A stretch of 64,000 bases of DNA, from NCBI GenBank assembly GCA_963663035.1, contig OY760074.1, forward strand, positions 2,400,001 through 2,464,000. Reading direction: 5' to 3'. Under the pieces are notes generated by a model, which saw only the letters and a list, made by a program, of their open reading frames with translations, was not told the origin of the DNA and ran no database searches. Source of the DNA: Acidobacteriota bacterium. Lineage in GTDB: Bacteria; Acidobacteriota; UBA6911; RPQK01; JADFOI01. Of the stretch, positions 37,425 through 48,021 are shown in pieces. The stretch's first letter is position 1; each line of letters begins with the position of its first letter. Position numbers and translations under genes: made by a program.

Positions 37425-40221
37425 GCCTGGCAAGAAGCTCCCCTAAAACTCTTCCTGTCTGCGATTTTCTTGATGTCACTATTTTCTCGGGAGGACCAAC
37501 CGCCACAAGTCGGCCACCGGCTGCTCCGCCCTCCGGACCCAGATCAATGATCCAATCAGCGCATTTGATGACTTCAAGATTGTGTTCGATCACGATCACG
37601 GTGTTACCACGATCGACTAGCTGATTGAGTATGTCAAGAAGCTTTTTTACGTCCTCAAAATGGAGTCCAGTCGTCGGCTCGTCGAGGATATAGAGAGTCT
37701 TGCCGGTTGAGCGCTTGCTCAGCTCACGCGAGAGCTTCACTCGCTGAGCTTCCCCACCGGAGAGCGTGGTGGCCGATTGTCCAAGTTTAACGTAGCCCAG
37801 TCCTACGTCCGAAAGAGTTCGCAGCCTTGCCTGGAGGCGAGGGAGGTTCTCAAAAATCGGATAAGCTTCCTCAATGCTCATCTCGAGAATGTCCGCTATC
37901 GAAAATCCTTTGTACTTGATGGAAAGGGTCTCTCGGTTGTAACGGGCACCCTGGCAAGCTTCACAGGCCACGTAGACATCGGGGAGAAAATTCATCTCAA
38001 TCTTGCGCAGCCCATCTCCACGGCAAACCTCACAGCGCCCTCCTTTGACATTGAAACTGAAGCGCCCGGGTTTGTATCCTCGGACTCGAGAATCCGGCAG
38101 CAGGGTAAAAAGCTCTCGGATCGGTGTAAAAAGACCTGTATAGGTGGCAGGATTGGAGCGCGGGGTCCGACCGATAGGGGATTGATCAATCTCAATGACC
38201 TTGTCGATCATCTCCACTCCAGAGATTGCTCGATGTAGCCCCGGCTCCAGCAGAGAACGATACAGCTGGCGCGAGAGGGCACGATAAAGCACGTCATCCA
38301 CTAACGACGATTTTCCAGACCCGGAAACTCCTGTCACGGCAATCAACATGCCGAGGGGAAAGGTCACATCAATCTCGTGAAGATTGTTGTGACGGACACC
38401 GAAAAGCTGAATGGCCTCCCCATTTCCCTTGCGACGCTGGGCTGGGACAGAGATCTCCCGACTTCCATTCAAATATTGAGCCGTGAGAGACTCCTGCTGC
38501 TGTAAGACTCGCGACAAACTGCCCCGGGCCACAACGTGACCTCCGGCATGACCGCCTCCAGGCCCTAAATCCACCACATAATCGGCGCTTCGAATGGTTT
38601 CCTCATCATGTTCAACGACGATGATCGTATTTCCCAGATCACGGAGCTCCTTGAGTGCGCTCAGGAGTCTTCGAGTGTCCCGCGAGTGGAGTCCGATGGA
38701 AGGCTCATCCAGAACGTACAGGACACCTCTCAGGCGGGATCCAATTTGCGTGGCCAGACGAATACGCTGAGCCTCACCACTGGAGAGAGAGACTGCTTTT
38801 CGTTCCAGAGTCAGATAGGAGAGCCCCAAGTTCAACATAAAACGCAAACGATTGCGGATTTCTTCCAGGATCTGCCCGGCAATGGCTTCTTCCCGAGCGG
38901 AAAGCGCAATCCGCTCCACCGCTTTCAGGCAATGATCCAAGGTGAGTTGACAGTAGTCGGAGATTCCAAGACTGCCAACTTTCACAGCCCGACTTTCGGG
39001 GCGCAGACGAGTCCCACTGCAGACATTGCAGGAACCTTCCTTCACAAAAGTCAATAACTGCTGGCGTCGCTTATCACTACCCGCAGCCTGAACTCTCCGC
39101 CTCAGCCAGTGATCCAATCCTTTAAAGCGGGACCTGTAGAGGTGGCCCGCATAACGGAATTGAATGGGCTTCTCAATTCCCTCTTGAAGGGCCTGAAGGA
39201 CTTCTTCGGGGTATTTGCAATAGGGAGTGGTGAGTTTAACCTCAAATTTCTCCAGCAAAATTCTGAGCGACTCCCGGAAAAAGTGATAAAACTCCTTGTC
39301 CGACAAAGCGAGCTTCAAGTCCTTCAAAGGTTTTTTCGGGTTTTCGATCAGCCTTTCCAGGTTAACGTGAAGCTGGGAACCAAGCCCGTCGCAGCGGGGG
39401 CAGGCGCCAAATCGGCTGTTAAAAGAGAAGCTTCGAGGTTCCAGTGTGGGAACGTTAATCCCACATTCGATGCAGGCCATGGTTTCTGAAAAGAGCATCT
39501 CCGGGCCATTGATCACGGAAACGGTGACCAGTCCCTGGCCCATGCGGACGGCCTGGCGCACGGAGTTCTCCATTCTATGGCGCACTTCTTCTTCAATGAG
39601 GAGCCGGTCCACCACAATGTCGATACTGTGATTTTTCCTTCTATCCAGGGCTGGAGGGTCCTCCAGAGTGATCAGGGAATCGTCAACACGCGCCCGCACA
39701 AATCCTTCCCGGTGATACTTATCGAATAGTTTCTTGAACTCCCCCTTACGCTCCCGGACGACGGGAGCCATGATGAGCAATCGACTGCTCTTGGGTAATG
39801 CGAAGATTTGCTCCACGATCTGATCGACCGATTGCCTCGTGATAGGCCTGCCACAATTGGGACAGTGTGGGGTTCCGACGCTGGAGAACAGCAGACGCAG
39901 ATAGTCGTATATTTCCGTGATGGTGCCGACGGTGGAGCGAGCACTCTTGATGGTTGTCTTCTGATCAATGGAAATGGCCGGAGAAAGTCCTTCGATGGAA
40001 TCGACATCCGGCTTTTCCATCTGGTCCAAAAACTGGCGTGCGTAGGTAGAGAGCGACTCGATGTATCGTCTCTGACCTTCTGCGTAGAGGGTGTCAAAAG
40101 CCAGGCTTGATTTTCCGGAACCACTCAAGCCGGTGATGACCGTCAACTGGTTGCGTGGAATCTCTAGATCGATGTTCTTGAGATTATGCGCGCGGGCACC
40201 CCGAATAGAGATATTCTTCAT
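37411..40221 (-). CDS. uvrA: Excinuclease ABC subunit A
   Basis: Two ABC cassettes ([20 protein letters not shown]), zinc fingers and [11 protein letters not shown]. Confidence 0.99.
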   Translation of the reverse strand: MKNISIRGARAHNLKNIDLEIPRNQLTVITGLSGSGKSSLAFDTLYAEGQRRYIESLSTYARQFLDQMEKPDVDSIEGLSPAISIDQKTTIKSARSTVGTITEIYDYLRLLFSSVGTPHCPNCGRPITRQSVDQIVEQIFALPKSSRLLIMAPVVRERKGEFKKLFDKYHREGFVRARVDDSLITLEDPPALDRRKNHSIDIVVDRLLIEEEVRHRMENSVRQAVRMGQGLVTVSVINGPEMLFSETMACIECGINVPTLEPRSFSFNSRFGACPRCDGLGSQLHVNLERLIENPKKPLKDLKLALSDKEFYHFFRESLRILLEKFEVKLTTPYCKYPEEVLQALQEGIEKPIQFRYAGHLYRSRFKGLDHWLRRRVQAAGSDKRRQQLLTFVKEGSCNVCSGTRLRPESRAVKVGSLGISDYCQLTLDHCLKAVERIALSAREEAIAGQILEEIRNRLRFMLNLGLSYLTLERKAVSLSSGEAQRIRLATQIGSRLRGVLYVLDEPSIGLHSRDTRRLLSALKELRDLGNTIIVVEHDEETIRSADYVVDLGPGGGHAGGHVVARGSLSRVLQQQESLTAQYLNGSREISVPAQRRKGNGEAIQLFGVRHNNLHEIDVTFPLGMLIAVTGVSGSGKSSLVDDVLYRALSRQLYRSLLEPGLHRAISGVEMIDKVIEIDQSPIGRTPRSNPATYTGLFTPIRELFTLLPDSRVRGYKPGRFSFNVKGGRCEVCRGDGLRKIEMNFLPDVYVACEACQGARYNRETLSIKYKGFSIADILEMSIEEAYPIFENLPRLQARLRTLSDVGLGYVKLGQSATTLSGGEAQRVKLSRELSKRSTGKTLYILDEPTTGLHFEDVKKLLDILNQLVDRGNTVIVIEHNLEVIKCADWIIDLGPEGGAAGGRLVAVGPPEKIVTSRKSQTGRVLGELLARHVQV

Positions 40222-40274
40222 GGGTCAAACCTTCTATTGTCGGGGAGTTGAGAATCAAGGTCAAGACGAGGGAT

Positions 40275-40414
40275 GGGCCCGCAGGCTAAAGCCTGCGGCT
40301 CTGATCGGAGCCAGCGAGGATCAGTCAGAGCCGTGGGCTTTAGCCCACGGGCCAGAGGGGCCGGAGGAAGCTCTGCCCGGGCCCGCAGGCTAAAGCCTGC
40401 GGCTCTGATCGGAG
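40275..40414. repeat. REP/BIME-like cluster (three alternating palindromes)
   Basis: CCGCAGGCTAAAGCCTGCGG x2 (36-bp direct repeat) with the inverted unit CCGTGGGCTTTAGCCCACGG between them. Confidence 0.88.
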
Positions 40415-40429
40415 GTGGCACCCGAGACT

Positions 40430-41857
40430 CTACTGGAAGGCGACTTTCCGGGTGAGAAGGCGGCCATTTCTGACAAATTGGATGACCGTCACCCCGTCTG
40501 TGACCTGCTCCAGGCTCTCTCGCATATCGAGGTGGGAGGTGACATTTTGGCCATTGACCTGAGTCAGGACATCGCCGGCTTGAAATCCGACCTTGCTGGC
40601 CAGGCTGTCGGGTAATACGGTTCTAATGAGAAGGCCCTGATCCGTGGGACACTTGAAGTATTTCGCCAACTGCGGCGTCAGCGGATCAACCACCAGTCCC
40701 AGATCCAGCTGGGGAGGTAACACTATCCGGTAGATCTTGACTTGTTCTTCTGGTCTCTCATTTTGGTTCCACGAGGAAGGAACCTCCAAACGCCACGAAA
40801 CGACCGGGCCTCTGTCCTGGCGTTCGGTCAACACGGTAGAAATTTCGTGGAGCCGCCCATCGCGAAGAACTGACAAATCCAGGGTATTTCCTGAGCCTTT
40901 CCAGCGAATCGCCTGGGCCAGATCACTCCGACTGAGGACCGGCTGGTCATCGACCCGCACAATCACATCACCACTTTGCAGTCCGGCCTTGTCTGCAGGA
41001 CTTTCAGGGATCACTTTGTCAACACGCAACGCAGAAACATCAGGATCAGGCATGATACCCAACCATCCAGCTCTGATGTTTTTCCTTTCTTCGATAATCC
41101 GCTTGACCGAGGTGCTCAGGACCTGCGACGGCAACACCCTCCAAACCTGGAGCCTCTCGCTGAAAAGATGGGGATGACCCCGCTTCATGATCGCTACCAG
41201 CCGATCCTCTTCGTCCAGTACAAAGCCACCCTCCACGGTGTATGGGGCCGACCTCTGACCAGTAGGCACAATCTGCAGTTCTCGCTCGGGAAGTAATTGA
41301 TGCCCGCTGACCTTGACTACGGTAGGGGAGGTAATCCTCCAGTCTTCCCCATTCAGGGAAACGACTCGGAGTCCAGTCTCCTTGAGAGCCGAACCAAATG
41401 CCAGAGCGTGTCCTTCAAGGGCTGGAGACTGCAGAACCACCACGGCAATCCGCTCGTCTACTCCAATGAGCCGGGCGGAATGTTCCTTCCCATCAAAGGT
41501 TGTTACCGACACACGAGCTCCTGGCACACTCAGCTCCGGCCAGTAACTCCCCACATAGGACATAATGTACCCGCCAGAATCGATGATCACGCCCTGCAGT
41601 TCCGCCATTTCATGAACGTGAACTTGAGGAAGATAGCGGCTTCCATGGACAACTCCGGAAAACTCACGATCCAGATAAACCTTGACCAGTGAGCGTCGAA
41701 GATCCTTTTGCGCTTGAAGAGGGACCAATGAGCAGACCACCAAGAGGGCTACTGAAAAGAAGAACCAGCGAAAAGAATTCAGCGAGAACCTCTTCTTTCC
41801 GGGTGCGAAACACTCTTGCGTCTGCTCAGTAGCTAGCATGTTCCAGGTAAAAATCAT
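40430..41857 (-). CDS. HtrA-like trypsin-fold plus two-PDZ protein lacking the catalytic triad
   Basis: GVIIDSGGYIM, GWLGI, SPADKAGLQSGDVI and a second PDZ (S.A.K.G...GDV). Confidence 0.8.
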   Translation of the reverse strand: MIFTWNMLATEQTQECFAPGKKRFSLNSFRWFFFSVALLVVCSLVPLQAQKDLRRSLVKVYLDREFSGVVHGSRYLPQVHVHEMAELQGVIIDSGGYIMSYVGSYWPELSVPGARVSVTTFDGKEHSARLIGVDERIAVVVLQSPALEGHALAFGSALKETGLRVVSLNGEDWRITSPTVVKVSGHQLLPERELQIVPTGQRSAPYTVEGGFVLDEEDRLVAIMKRGHPHLFSERLQVWRVLPSQVLSTSVKRIIEERKNIRAGWLGIMPDPDVSALRVDKVIPESPADKAGLQSGDVIVRVDDQPVLSRSDLAQAIRWKGSGNTLDLSVLRDGRLHEISTVLTERQDRGPVVSWRLEVPSSWNQNERPEEQVKIYRIVLPPQLDLGLVVDPLTPQLAKYFKCPTDQGLLIRTVLPDSLASKVGFQAGDVLTQVNGQNVTSHLDMRESLEQVTDGVTVIQFVRNGRLLTRKVAFQ

Positions 41858-42362
41858 GGTGTAATTGGTTTGTCCTGATCTTGATTCGGGAGGGCAACCG
41901 CAAGATATACTCTGGTTGAGAGGGGCTGCTCAAAATCACCTCCACATAAGGAGAAGGAGCTTCGCCGGGTTCCACCCGTCCCGAAGCATTCACCAGACTC
42001 CCTGACCCGGACTCATCCTCTTGAACGATGGGGCGGGAAGCCAACACCGGCTCGCCTGTCGTCTGAACTACCCTCACCCAGAGGAAGCCCGTCGAGATCA
42101 AAATCAGCAACCCGACAACAAAAACGGGTCTCCAAAAGACTTGCCAACCCGAGGACTCCGCCAACCTCTGATGAACCCGTGAAGAGAAGTCGGAGGGAGC
42201 TTCCACCGTCTCTCCCAGGAAACGACTGATCTCTTCCATTGACAGAAAGTCTCGGTAAAGCTTTTCACACTCACCGCAGCACCGGATGTGGTCTTGCACT
42301 TCGGCCCGTTCGACCGCCCTGATGTCTTCTGCGAGTATCACTTCAACCTGTTTACAGGTCAT
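41826..42362 (-). CDS. Transmembrane zf-HC2 anti-sigma factor
   Basis: MTC...HIRCCGEC plus TM helix; overlaps the sigma stop. Confidence 0.82.
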   Translation of the reverse strand: MTCKQVEVILAEDIRAVERAEVQDHIRCCGECEKLYRDFLSMEEISRFLGETVEAPSDFSSRVHQRLAESSGWQVFWRPVFVVGLLILISTGFLWVRVVQTTGEPVLASRPIVQEDESGSGSLVNASGRVEPGEAPSPYVEVILSSPSQPEYILRLPSRIKIRTNQLHHDFYLEHASY

Positions 42363-42961
42363 AAGACCCCCGCCAGCTTTTCCCTCAGCAACATCTTGGC
42401 TCGGTGAACACGTGACTTCACGGTCCCCAGCGAGATGCTGAGGATCTTGCTGAGCTCTAGATAAGAAAGCTCCTGGACTTCCTTGAGGATAAAGGCGAAC
42501 CGATATTTCTTGGGGAGTGAATCGATGGCTTTCTGCAGTCGCTCCAACTTCTCATCCCGGGCCAGAATTTTCTCCGGTGAACAGCGAAGATCGGGCAAGC
42601 GATGGGTCTCGTCCCCTTCCTGAAACCGCCCGGTGACGTTGTAAAAAAAGAAGCGACCCTTGCGCTCACGTCGTCTGATTTCGTCGATGGCCAGATTGGT
42701 GGCAATCCGGTACAGCCAGGTGGAAAATTGATACTGTCCCTTATAGCGATAGGCATTCCGATAGACCCGGATGAAAGCCTCTTGTGCCAGATCCACTGCC
42801 ATATCGTAGTCGTGAATGAGCCGGCTCAAGTAGTTCACCAATTTATCCTGATAACGGCTGACCAGAACCTCAAAGGCGTATTCGTTGCCTTTCAGGTAAG
42901 CGGAAATAAGCGCCTTATCTGCGCTTCTCGAAATGGGCTCTGAAATAGCTATCTCAGTCAT
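42359..42961 (-). CDS. ECF RNA polymerase sigma factor (SigW/RpoE-like)
   Basis: DLAQEAFIR, FSTWLYRIATN and GTVKSRVHRA motifs. Confidence 0.94.
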   Translation of the reverse strand: MTEIAISEPISRSADKALISAYLKGNEYAFEVLVSRYQDKLVNYLSRLIHDYDMAVDLAQEAFIRVYRNAYRYKGQYQFSTWLYRIATNLAIDEIRRRERKGRFFFYNVTGRFQEGDETHRLPDLRCSPEKILARDEKLERLQKAIDSLPKKYRFAFILKEVQELSYLELSKILSISLGTVKSRVHRAKMLLREKLAGVL

Positions 42962-43000
42962 GCTGTAGTGAAGTCACTTTCCACACATTCTCTCTTGTGT

Positions 43001-43026
43001 AAACGAAAAATGCGACCTTTTGTTCC
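43001..43026 (-). promoter_or_regulatory. ECF autoregulatory promoter
   Basis: GGAAC-N16-CGTTT about 40 bp upstream of the sigma gene. Confidence 0.6.
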
Positions 43027-43036
43027 GGAAAAGATG

Positions 43037-45646
43037 CTATTTCGCCTCCAACCAGGAGGGTCCTACCGCCAGATCGACCTGCAGTGGCACCCTCAATTCG
43101 GCCGCTCCTTCCATTTTTTCTTTCACCAGCTTCTTCATCTGTTCGACTTCCGAGTCTTCCACTTCGAAAACGAGTTCATCATGGACCTGAGAGATGAGTT
43201 TGCTCTTGAGCTTTTGCCGGGAAAGCTCCCGGTCGAGAGAAACCATAGCTTTTTTAATGAGATCGGCCGCCGTTCCTTGAATGGGAGCATTGACGGCTGT
43301 TCTTTCAGCGAAACTTCTCAGATTCCGGTTTTTGCTGCGAATTTCAGGGATCTGCCGAATTCGTCCAAAAAGCGTCTTCACATATCCTTTCTCGTTCACT
43401 TCTTCCAGGGTACGATCAATCCAGGTTCTCACTCCCTGGTACTTCTTGAAATAACTATCGATAAACTGCTGTGCCTCCTTACGGTCGATTTTCAGGCTTT
43501 GGGCCAGACCAAAGGCACTCAGGCCGTAAATGATCCCGAAGTTGATGACCTTGGCATGGCGGCGAAACTCCTGGGAATTCATCATGGCATTCATCCCGAA
43601 GACTTCCCGAGCAGTTCTCTCATGGATATCTTCTCCTTCTAAAAAAGCCTTCACCAGGACCGGATCCTGTGAAAGATGAGCCATGACTCGAAGCTCTATT
43701 TGAGAATAGTCAGCCGCCAGGATCTGGTATCCGGGCTCTGCAATAAAGGCCAGGCGGATCTTTCTTCCCAGCTGGCTCCTAATGGGAATGTTCTGCAAAT
43801 TCGGATTGCTGGAGGAAAGCCGTCCGGTCGCCGCCACCATCTGATTGTAAGAAGTGTGGATACGTCCCGTGTGAGAACTCACCAACTTTGGCAGTGCATC
43901 CAGGTAGGTATTCTTCAACTTGCTCAGCTCCCGGTAATCAAGAATCAGGCGGGCGATCTCATAGGTTTCAGCCAGCCCCTCCAGAACCTCCACACCTGTG
44001 GCATAGTGGCCCCCCTTGCTCGTCTTCCTGGCCACCGGCAGATGGAGTTTTTCGAACAAAACGGTGGAAAGTTGGCGGGGGGAGTTCAGATTGAACTCCT
44101 CATCAGCGATCTCGTAAATCTCTCGGGTTAATCGACTGATTTCCCCTTCCATCTCCTGGGACATTTGCTCGAGCAAATCACAGTTCACCTTGACCCCGTG
44201 CTCTTCCATGCGAGCGAGCACTGGGACCAGTGGTATCTCGACTTCCTCCAGCAATGGCTCCAGATCTTTTTCCCGAATTAGAGGGCTCAATACATCGTAG
44301 AGTTGAAAAGTGACGTCGGCCTGCTCACACAGCACCTCCACCACTTGCTCAGCGAAGAGCCCCTCGTCATCGCTCTCTGCTTTCTGAAGCTTGTGCTGCA
44401 GATAGTCCAGACCCAACTGAGCCAGGGAAAAATCCTTCTGATTGGGCTTCACAAGATAAGCCATCAACATGGTGTCCTGAGTATTTTCCTTGAGTTTCCA
44501 CCCCTGGCGTTTGGCAAAAAAACAGAGTGGTTTGAGATCGTGGATCACCCACTGTTCGGGCCGCTCAAACAACTGCCTCACCTCATCCGATTCCGCCTTC
44601 CACAACTCCTTCGGGAGATACCAGGCCCGGCCGGCCTCATCCGTCACCGACAGGGCCTGCAGTGCTCCCTCCCGATAGCTACCAGACGGATACAACAAGG
44701 CCAGGGCCGCCCTGCTCCCTGTGATGCGGTCTCCCAAAGCCTTCAGATCCTCCCGAGTCTCGAGTCTCCGGTAGTTCACCGAGGCTGCTTCTTGAGGGGG
44801 AATCAATTCTTCCAGAAGATTTGTGAACTCCAGTTCAACAAACAGATCTCGGGCCGCTTCACGATCGGGTTCCGATACCTTCATCTCGGGCAGACTCAGC
44901 TCCAGTGGCAAGTCCTGATGAATGGTCACAAGTTGGCAGCTGAGCTGAATAAGAGGCTCATTTTGCTGTAAACTCTCACGATAGGACTTGCGTGAAACCT
45001 CGTCACGACGGGCCAGCAGCTGAGTGAGGCTCCCATATTGTTTGATGAGGTCCCGAGCACCCTTTTGACCAATGCCGGGAGCTCCAGGGATATTGTCTGA
45101 AGCGTCTCCAACAAGACTGAGGACATCCACCACCATTTGAGGCGGCACCCCAAATTTCTCCTCGACTCCCTTGGAATCAAGGCGAGTCGAGCTTCGCGTG
45201 TCCAGAACCGCGACGTGATCATTGACCAGTTGAAACATGTCCTTGTCGATGGTCACGATGACCACCTCCAGACCCTCCTTCACTGCTTTGCGAGCCAAGG
45301 TTCCGATCACGTCGTCTGCCTCGTACTGTTCATGGGAACGTACCGGGATACGAAGCACCTCACAGACTCGCAGAATCAAGGGAAGCTGTTTGACCAGATC
45401 TTCAGGCATGGCGGGACGAGTGGCCTTGTATTCCTTGTACTGCAGGTGGCGTACTGTGGGGCCGAATAGATCGATGGCGACCCCCAGATAGTCAGGCTCT
45501 TCCTCTTTGATCAATTTCCGCAGCATGTTGACAAACCCATAGACAGCATTGGTGGGAAGGCCCTCAGCATTGGTGAGGGGGGGGATGGCATGGTAAGCCC
45601 GGTAAATGTGGGACATGCCGTCTACCAGGTAAAGTTTGGCTGCCAC
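43037..45646 (-). CDS. polA: DNA polymerase I
   Basis: LVDG 5'-3' exonuclease, EADD, TGRLSSSNPNLQNIP, DYSQIELR and VHDEL motifs; start GTG at 45646. Confidence 0.99.
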   Translation of the reverse strand: MAAKLYLVDGMSHIYRAYHAIPPLTNAEGLPTNAVYGFVNMLRKLIKEEEPDYLGVAIDLFGPTVRHLQYKEYKATRPAMPEDLVKQLPLILRVCEVLRIPVRSHEQYEADDVIGTLARKAVKEGLEVVIVTIDKDMFQLVNDHVAVLDTRSSTRLDSKGVEEKFGVPPQMVVDVLSLVGDASDNIPGAPGIGQKGARDLIKQYGSLTQLLARRDEVSRKSYRESLQQNEPLIQLSCQLVTIHQDLPLELSLPEMKVSEPDREAARDLFVELEFTNLLEELIPPQEAASVNYRRLETREDLKALGDRITGSRAALALLYPSGSYREGALQALSVTDEAGRAWYLPKELWKAESDEVRQLFERPEQWVIHDLKPLCFFAKRQGWKLKENTQDTMLMAYLVKPNQKDFSLAQLGLDYLQHKLQKAESDDEGLFAEQVVEVLCEQADVTFQLYDVLSPLIREKDLEPLLEEVEIPLVPVLARMEEHGVKVNCDLLEQMSQEMEGEISRLTREIYEIADEEFNLNSPRQLSTVLFEKLHLPVARKTSKGGHYATGVEVLEGLAETYEIARLILDYRELSKLKNTYLDALPKLVSSHTGRIHTSYNQMVAATGRLSSSNPNLQNIPIRSQLGRKIRLAFIAEPGYQILAADYSQIELRVMAHLSQDPVLVKAFLEGEDIHERTAREVFGMNAMMNSQEFRRHAKVINFGIIYGLSAFGLAQSLKIDRKEAQQFIDSYFKKYQGVRTWIDRTLEEVNEKGYVKTLFGRIRQIPEIRSKNRNLRSFAERTAVNAPIQGTAADLIKKAMVSLDRELSRQKLKSKLISQVHDELVFEVEDSEVEQMKKLVKEKMEGAAELRVPLQVDLAVGPSWLEAK

Positions 45647-45664
45647 GCGGGGTATGTTAGCACG

Positions 45665-45722
45665 TTGAATCCGGAGGGGAAGCGCTCCCAATAAACATCA
45701 TTGTATTTATGGAAGTGAGCAC
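45665..45722. mobile_element. Solo right end of MITE family 2
   Basis: TTGAATCCGG...CATTGTATTTATGGAAGTGAGCAC matches 18680-18737. Confidence 0.8.
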
Positions 45723-45736
45723 TTAGCATTAGCCAA

Positions 45737-46459
45737 GTGTCTTCCCTGGTAAAAATCAATGCCGTCTGGCGTGTCCCCTTGGTTTTGCTGTGGACCGCTG
45801 TAATGGCCACTCTTAGTGTGGCTTTTTCCGTGGTGGATCCGACAGGAGGCCGACAGCACTGGTGTGCCCACACCTGGAGCCGCTTTATCTTCTTCGTGTC
45901 TCGAGTAAAGGTCGAGATTCAGGGTCTGGAAGGGTTGGATCGCCACCGAGGATACGTCTTTGCGGCCAATCACCTGAGCATCTTTGACCACTGGGCTTTC
46001 CTGGCCCATCTACCTTTTCAGTTTGGCTTTGTGGCCAAGGCCTCTTTGTTTCGATTACCCTTCTTAGGCTGGCATCTGCACCGCTCGGGCTATCTTGCCA
46101 TCGGCCGTCACAACCACAGAGAGACCTTGCGGGTGTTTCGCTCCGCTGCAAAGAGGATCCGGACCGGAATGTCCTATGTGATCTATCCGGAAGGGGCGCG
46201 GACGTGGGGTGAGACGGTCGGTCCCTTCAAGCGAGGAAGTCTGCTGTTGGCCCGCTACGCTAAAGCTCCCATCGTTCCAGTGACTTTTATCGGGGCCCAT
46301 CGCCGCCTGCTGCGGGGTTCTGTACTGCTCACTCCGGGGACGATGCAGATGATCATCCATTCTCCTATCGAGTTTGAGGAGTACAAAGACTTTGACTCGA
46401 AAACTCTTGCCAAAACGGTGCGAGAGAGGATTATGGAGAATTACCAACAGGTGACCTGA
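45737..46459 (+). CDS. plsC: 1-acyl-sn-glycerol-3-phosphate acyltransferase
   Basis: NHLSIFD (HxxxxD), YPEGAR, FKRG and PIVP motifs. Confidence 0.9.
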   Translation: MSSLVKINAVWRVPLVLLWTAVMATLSVAFSVVDPTGGRQHWCAHTWSRFIFFVSRVKVEIQGLEGLDRHRGYVFAANHLSIFDHWAFLAHLPFQFGFVAKASLFRLPFLGWHLHRSGYLAIGRHNHRETLRVFRSAAKRIRTGMSYVIYPEGARTWGETVGPFKRGSLLLARYAKAPIVPVTFIGAHRRLLRGSVLLTPGTMQMIIHSPIEFEEYKDFDSKTLAKTVRERIMENYQQVT

Positions 46460-47656
46460 ATGGGCCAGGAAAAGGAACTGATCGACAAGATTCAACAGGT
46501 ACTCAGGGAGTTCGACATTCCTGCCTGGCTCTTTTACGGCTTTCGGGATCTTGATCCGATTGCCACCCGTATTCTCCAGTTCGGGCCTCATCAGCTGGCA
46601 ACTCGGCGCTGGTTTTATCTCATTCCCGCAGAAAGTGAACCGAAGAGACTGGTCCACCGACTCGAATCTTCCCATTTGGATCACCTGCCTGGCAGTAAGG
46701 AAGTCTATTTGAAATGGGAGCAACTACAAGAGCAGGTCAGGGCACTCTTAGAGGGCGTTTCGACGGTGGCCATGCAATTCTCAGAGAACAATGCCATACC
46801 TCATGTCTCGAGGGTGGATGCTGGAACAGTCGACCTGGTCCGCTCCTGCGGCCCAAGGGTCGTTTCCTCAGGAGATCTGATCCAGCGTTTTGAGGCCGTC
46901 TGGAGCCCCAGACAGGTCCAGCAACACCGTGCCACAGCTCTTGCCCTGACTGCCACTGTCAAGGCCGCTTTTGAGCAGGCTGCCGCTGAAATCTCTTCTC
47001 AGGGTGAGAGCAACGAGCTGAGCATCCAGCGCTTCATTTTGGATCGCTTTGAGCGGGATGGGTTGCTCACTGACCACTCTCCCATTGTGGCAGTGAATGA
47101 AAACAGCGCCAACCCACACTATCAGCCCAGCGCAGCAGAATACTCCACAATTCACAGAGATGATTTCCTGCTGATTGACTTATGGGCCAAGTCCAAAGAG
47201 GAAGACAGCGTGTATGCCGATATTACCTGGACAGCCTTTATGGGTGAGCGGATACCCGACAAGATCAACAAAATTTTCCAGGTCGTTCGCCAGGCTCGTG
47301 ACCGGGGAGTGGACTTCTTGCGCGCCGGGTTTGAGGAAAGGAACCCTCCCCGGGGTTGGGAGGTGGACGACGTCGTTCGCGAGAGCATCCGGAAGGCTGG
47401 CTACGAAAAATTCTTTGTCCATCGGACCGGTCACAATCTGGGCCAAGAGATACACGGCAATGGGGTCAACTTTGACAACCTCGAGACGCATGACACACGA
47501 CAAGTCATCCCCGGTATCGGATGTACCATCGAGCCTGGGATCTATCTGGAAGGAGAATTCGGCGTCCGCAGTGAGATCAACGTGTTCTTCACCCAGGCAG
47601 GACCAGAAGTAACGACACCGCCTCAGGAAGAAATCTGGAGAACCACTGACAACTGA
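46460..47656 (+). CDS. M24 family (Xaa-Pro) metallopeptidase
   Basis: PHY, LLIDLW, YADITWT, HRTGH, TIEPGIY and GVRSE motifs. Confidence 0.92.
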   Translation: MGQEKELIDKIQQVLREFDIPAWLFYGFRDLDPIATRILQFGPHQLATRRWFYLIPAESEPKRLVHRLESSHLDHLPGSKEVYLKWEQLQEQVRALLEGVSTVAMQFSENNAIPHVSRVDAGTVDLVRSCGPRVVSSGDLIQRFEAVWSPRQVQQHRATALALTATVKAAFEQAAAEISSQGESNELSIQRFILDRFERDGLLTDHSPIVAVNENSANPHYQPSAAEYSTIHRDDFLLIDLWAKSKEEDSVYADITWTAFMGERIPDKINKIFQVVRQARDRGVDFLRAGFEERNPPRGWEVDDVVRESIRKAGYEKFFVHRTGHNLGQEIHGNGVNFDNLETHDTRQVIPGIGCTIEPGIYLEGEFGVRSEINVFFTQAGPEVTTPPQEEIWRTTDN

Positions 47657-47704
47657 CACCTGACAACTGACAGGTGAAACGCTGACCGCTGACCGCTGAC
47701 CGCT
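47641..47704. repeat. Heptamer array on the left of the TA module
   Basis: aacca CTGACAA CTGACAC CTGACAA CTGACAG GTGAAAC GCTGACC x3. Confidence 0.88.
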
Positions 47705-47716
47705 TCAACAGGAGAT

Positions 47717-47757
47717 TTGCACCGAGATGGGAGAATGTGTATAATTTTGTCATACAC
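47717..47757 (+). promoter_or_regulatory. TA operon promoter with palindromic operator
   Basis: TTGCAC-N17-TATAAT; GTGTAT-N9-ATACAC overlaps the -10 element. Confidence 0.7.
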
Positions 47758-47772
47758 TAGGGAGCCCCTATT

Positions 47773-48018
47773 ATGAGCCCAAAACGTAAACTGCTTACCG
47801 TTTCTCTTCCCCCCGATATGGCCAGGAAGTTCGACAAGCTGGCTCGGGGCGAGGGCAAAAACAAAAGTCAGCTCTTCAGGGAGATGTTCCACACCTATGA
47901 ACGACAGCGCCTCGAACGTGAATTCAACGACCTCCAGCGTTATGGTGCCAGCGAGGCCCGAAAAATGGGTGTCTTGACTGAAGCCGATGTGGAAGCATTA
48001 GTATTTCAGGACCGCTGA
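47773..48018 (+). CDS. Ribbon-helix-helix (CopG-like) antitoxin
   Basis: LLTVSLPPDMARKFDKLA...KSQLFRE; upstream of a PIN gene. Confidence 0.88.
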   Translation: MSPKRKLLTVSLPPDMARKFDKLARGEGKNKSQLFREMFHTYERQRLEREFNDLQRYGASEARKMGVLTEADVEALVFQDR

Positions 48019-48021
48019 CGG

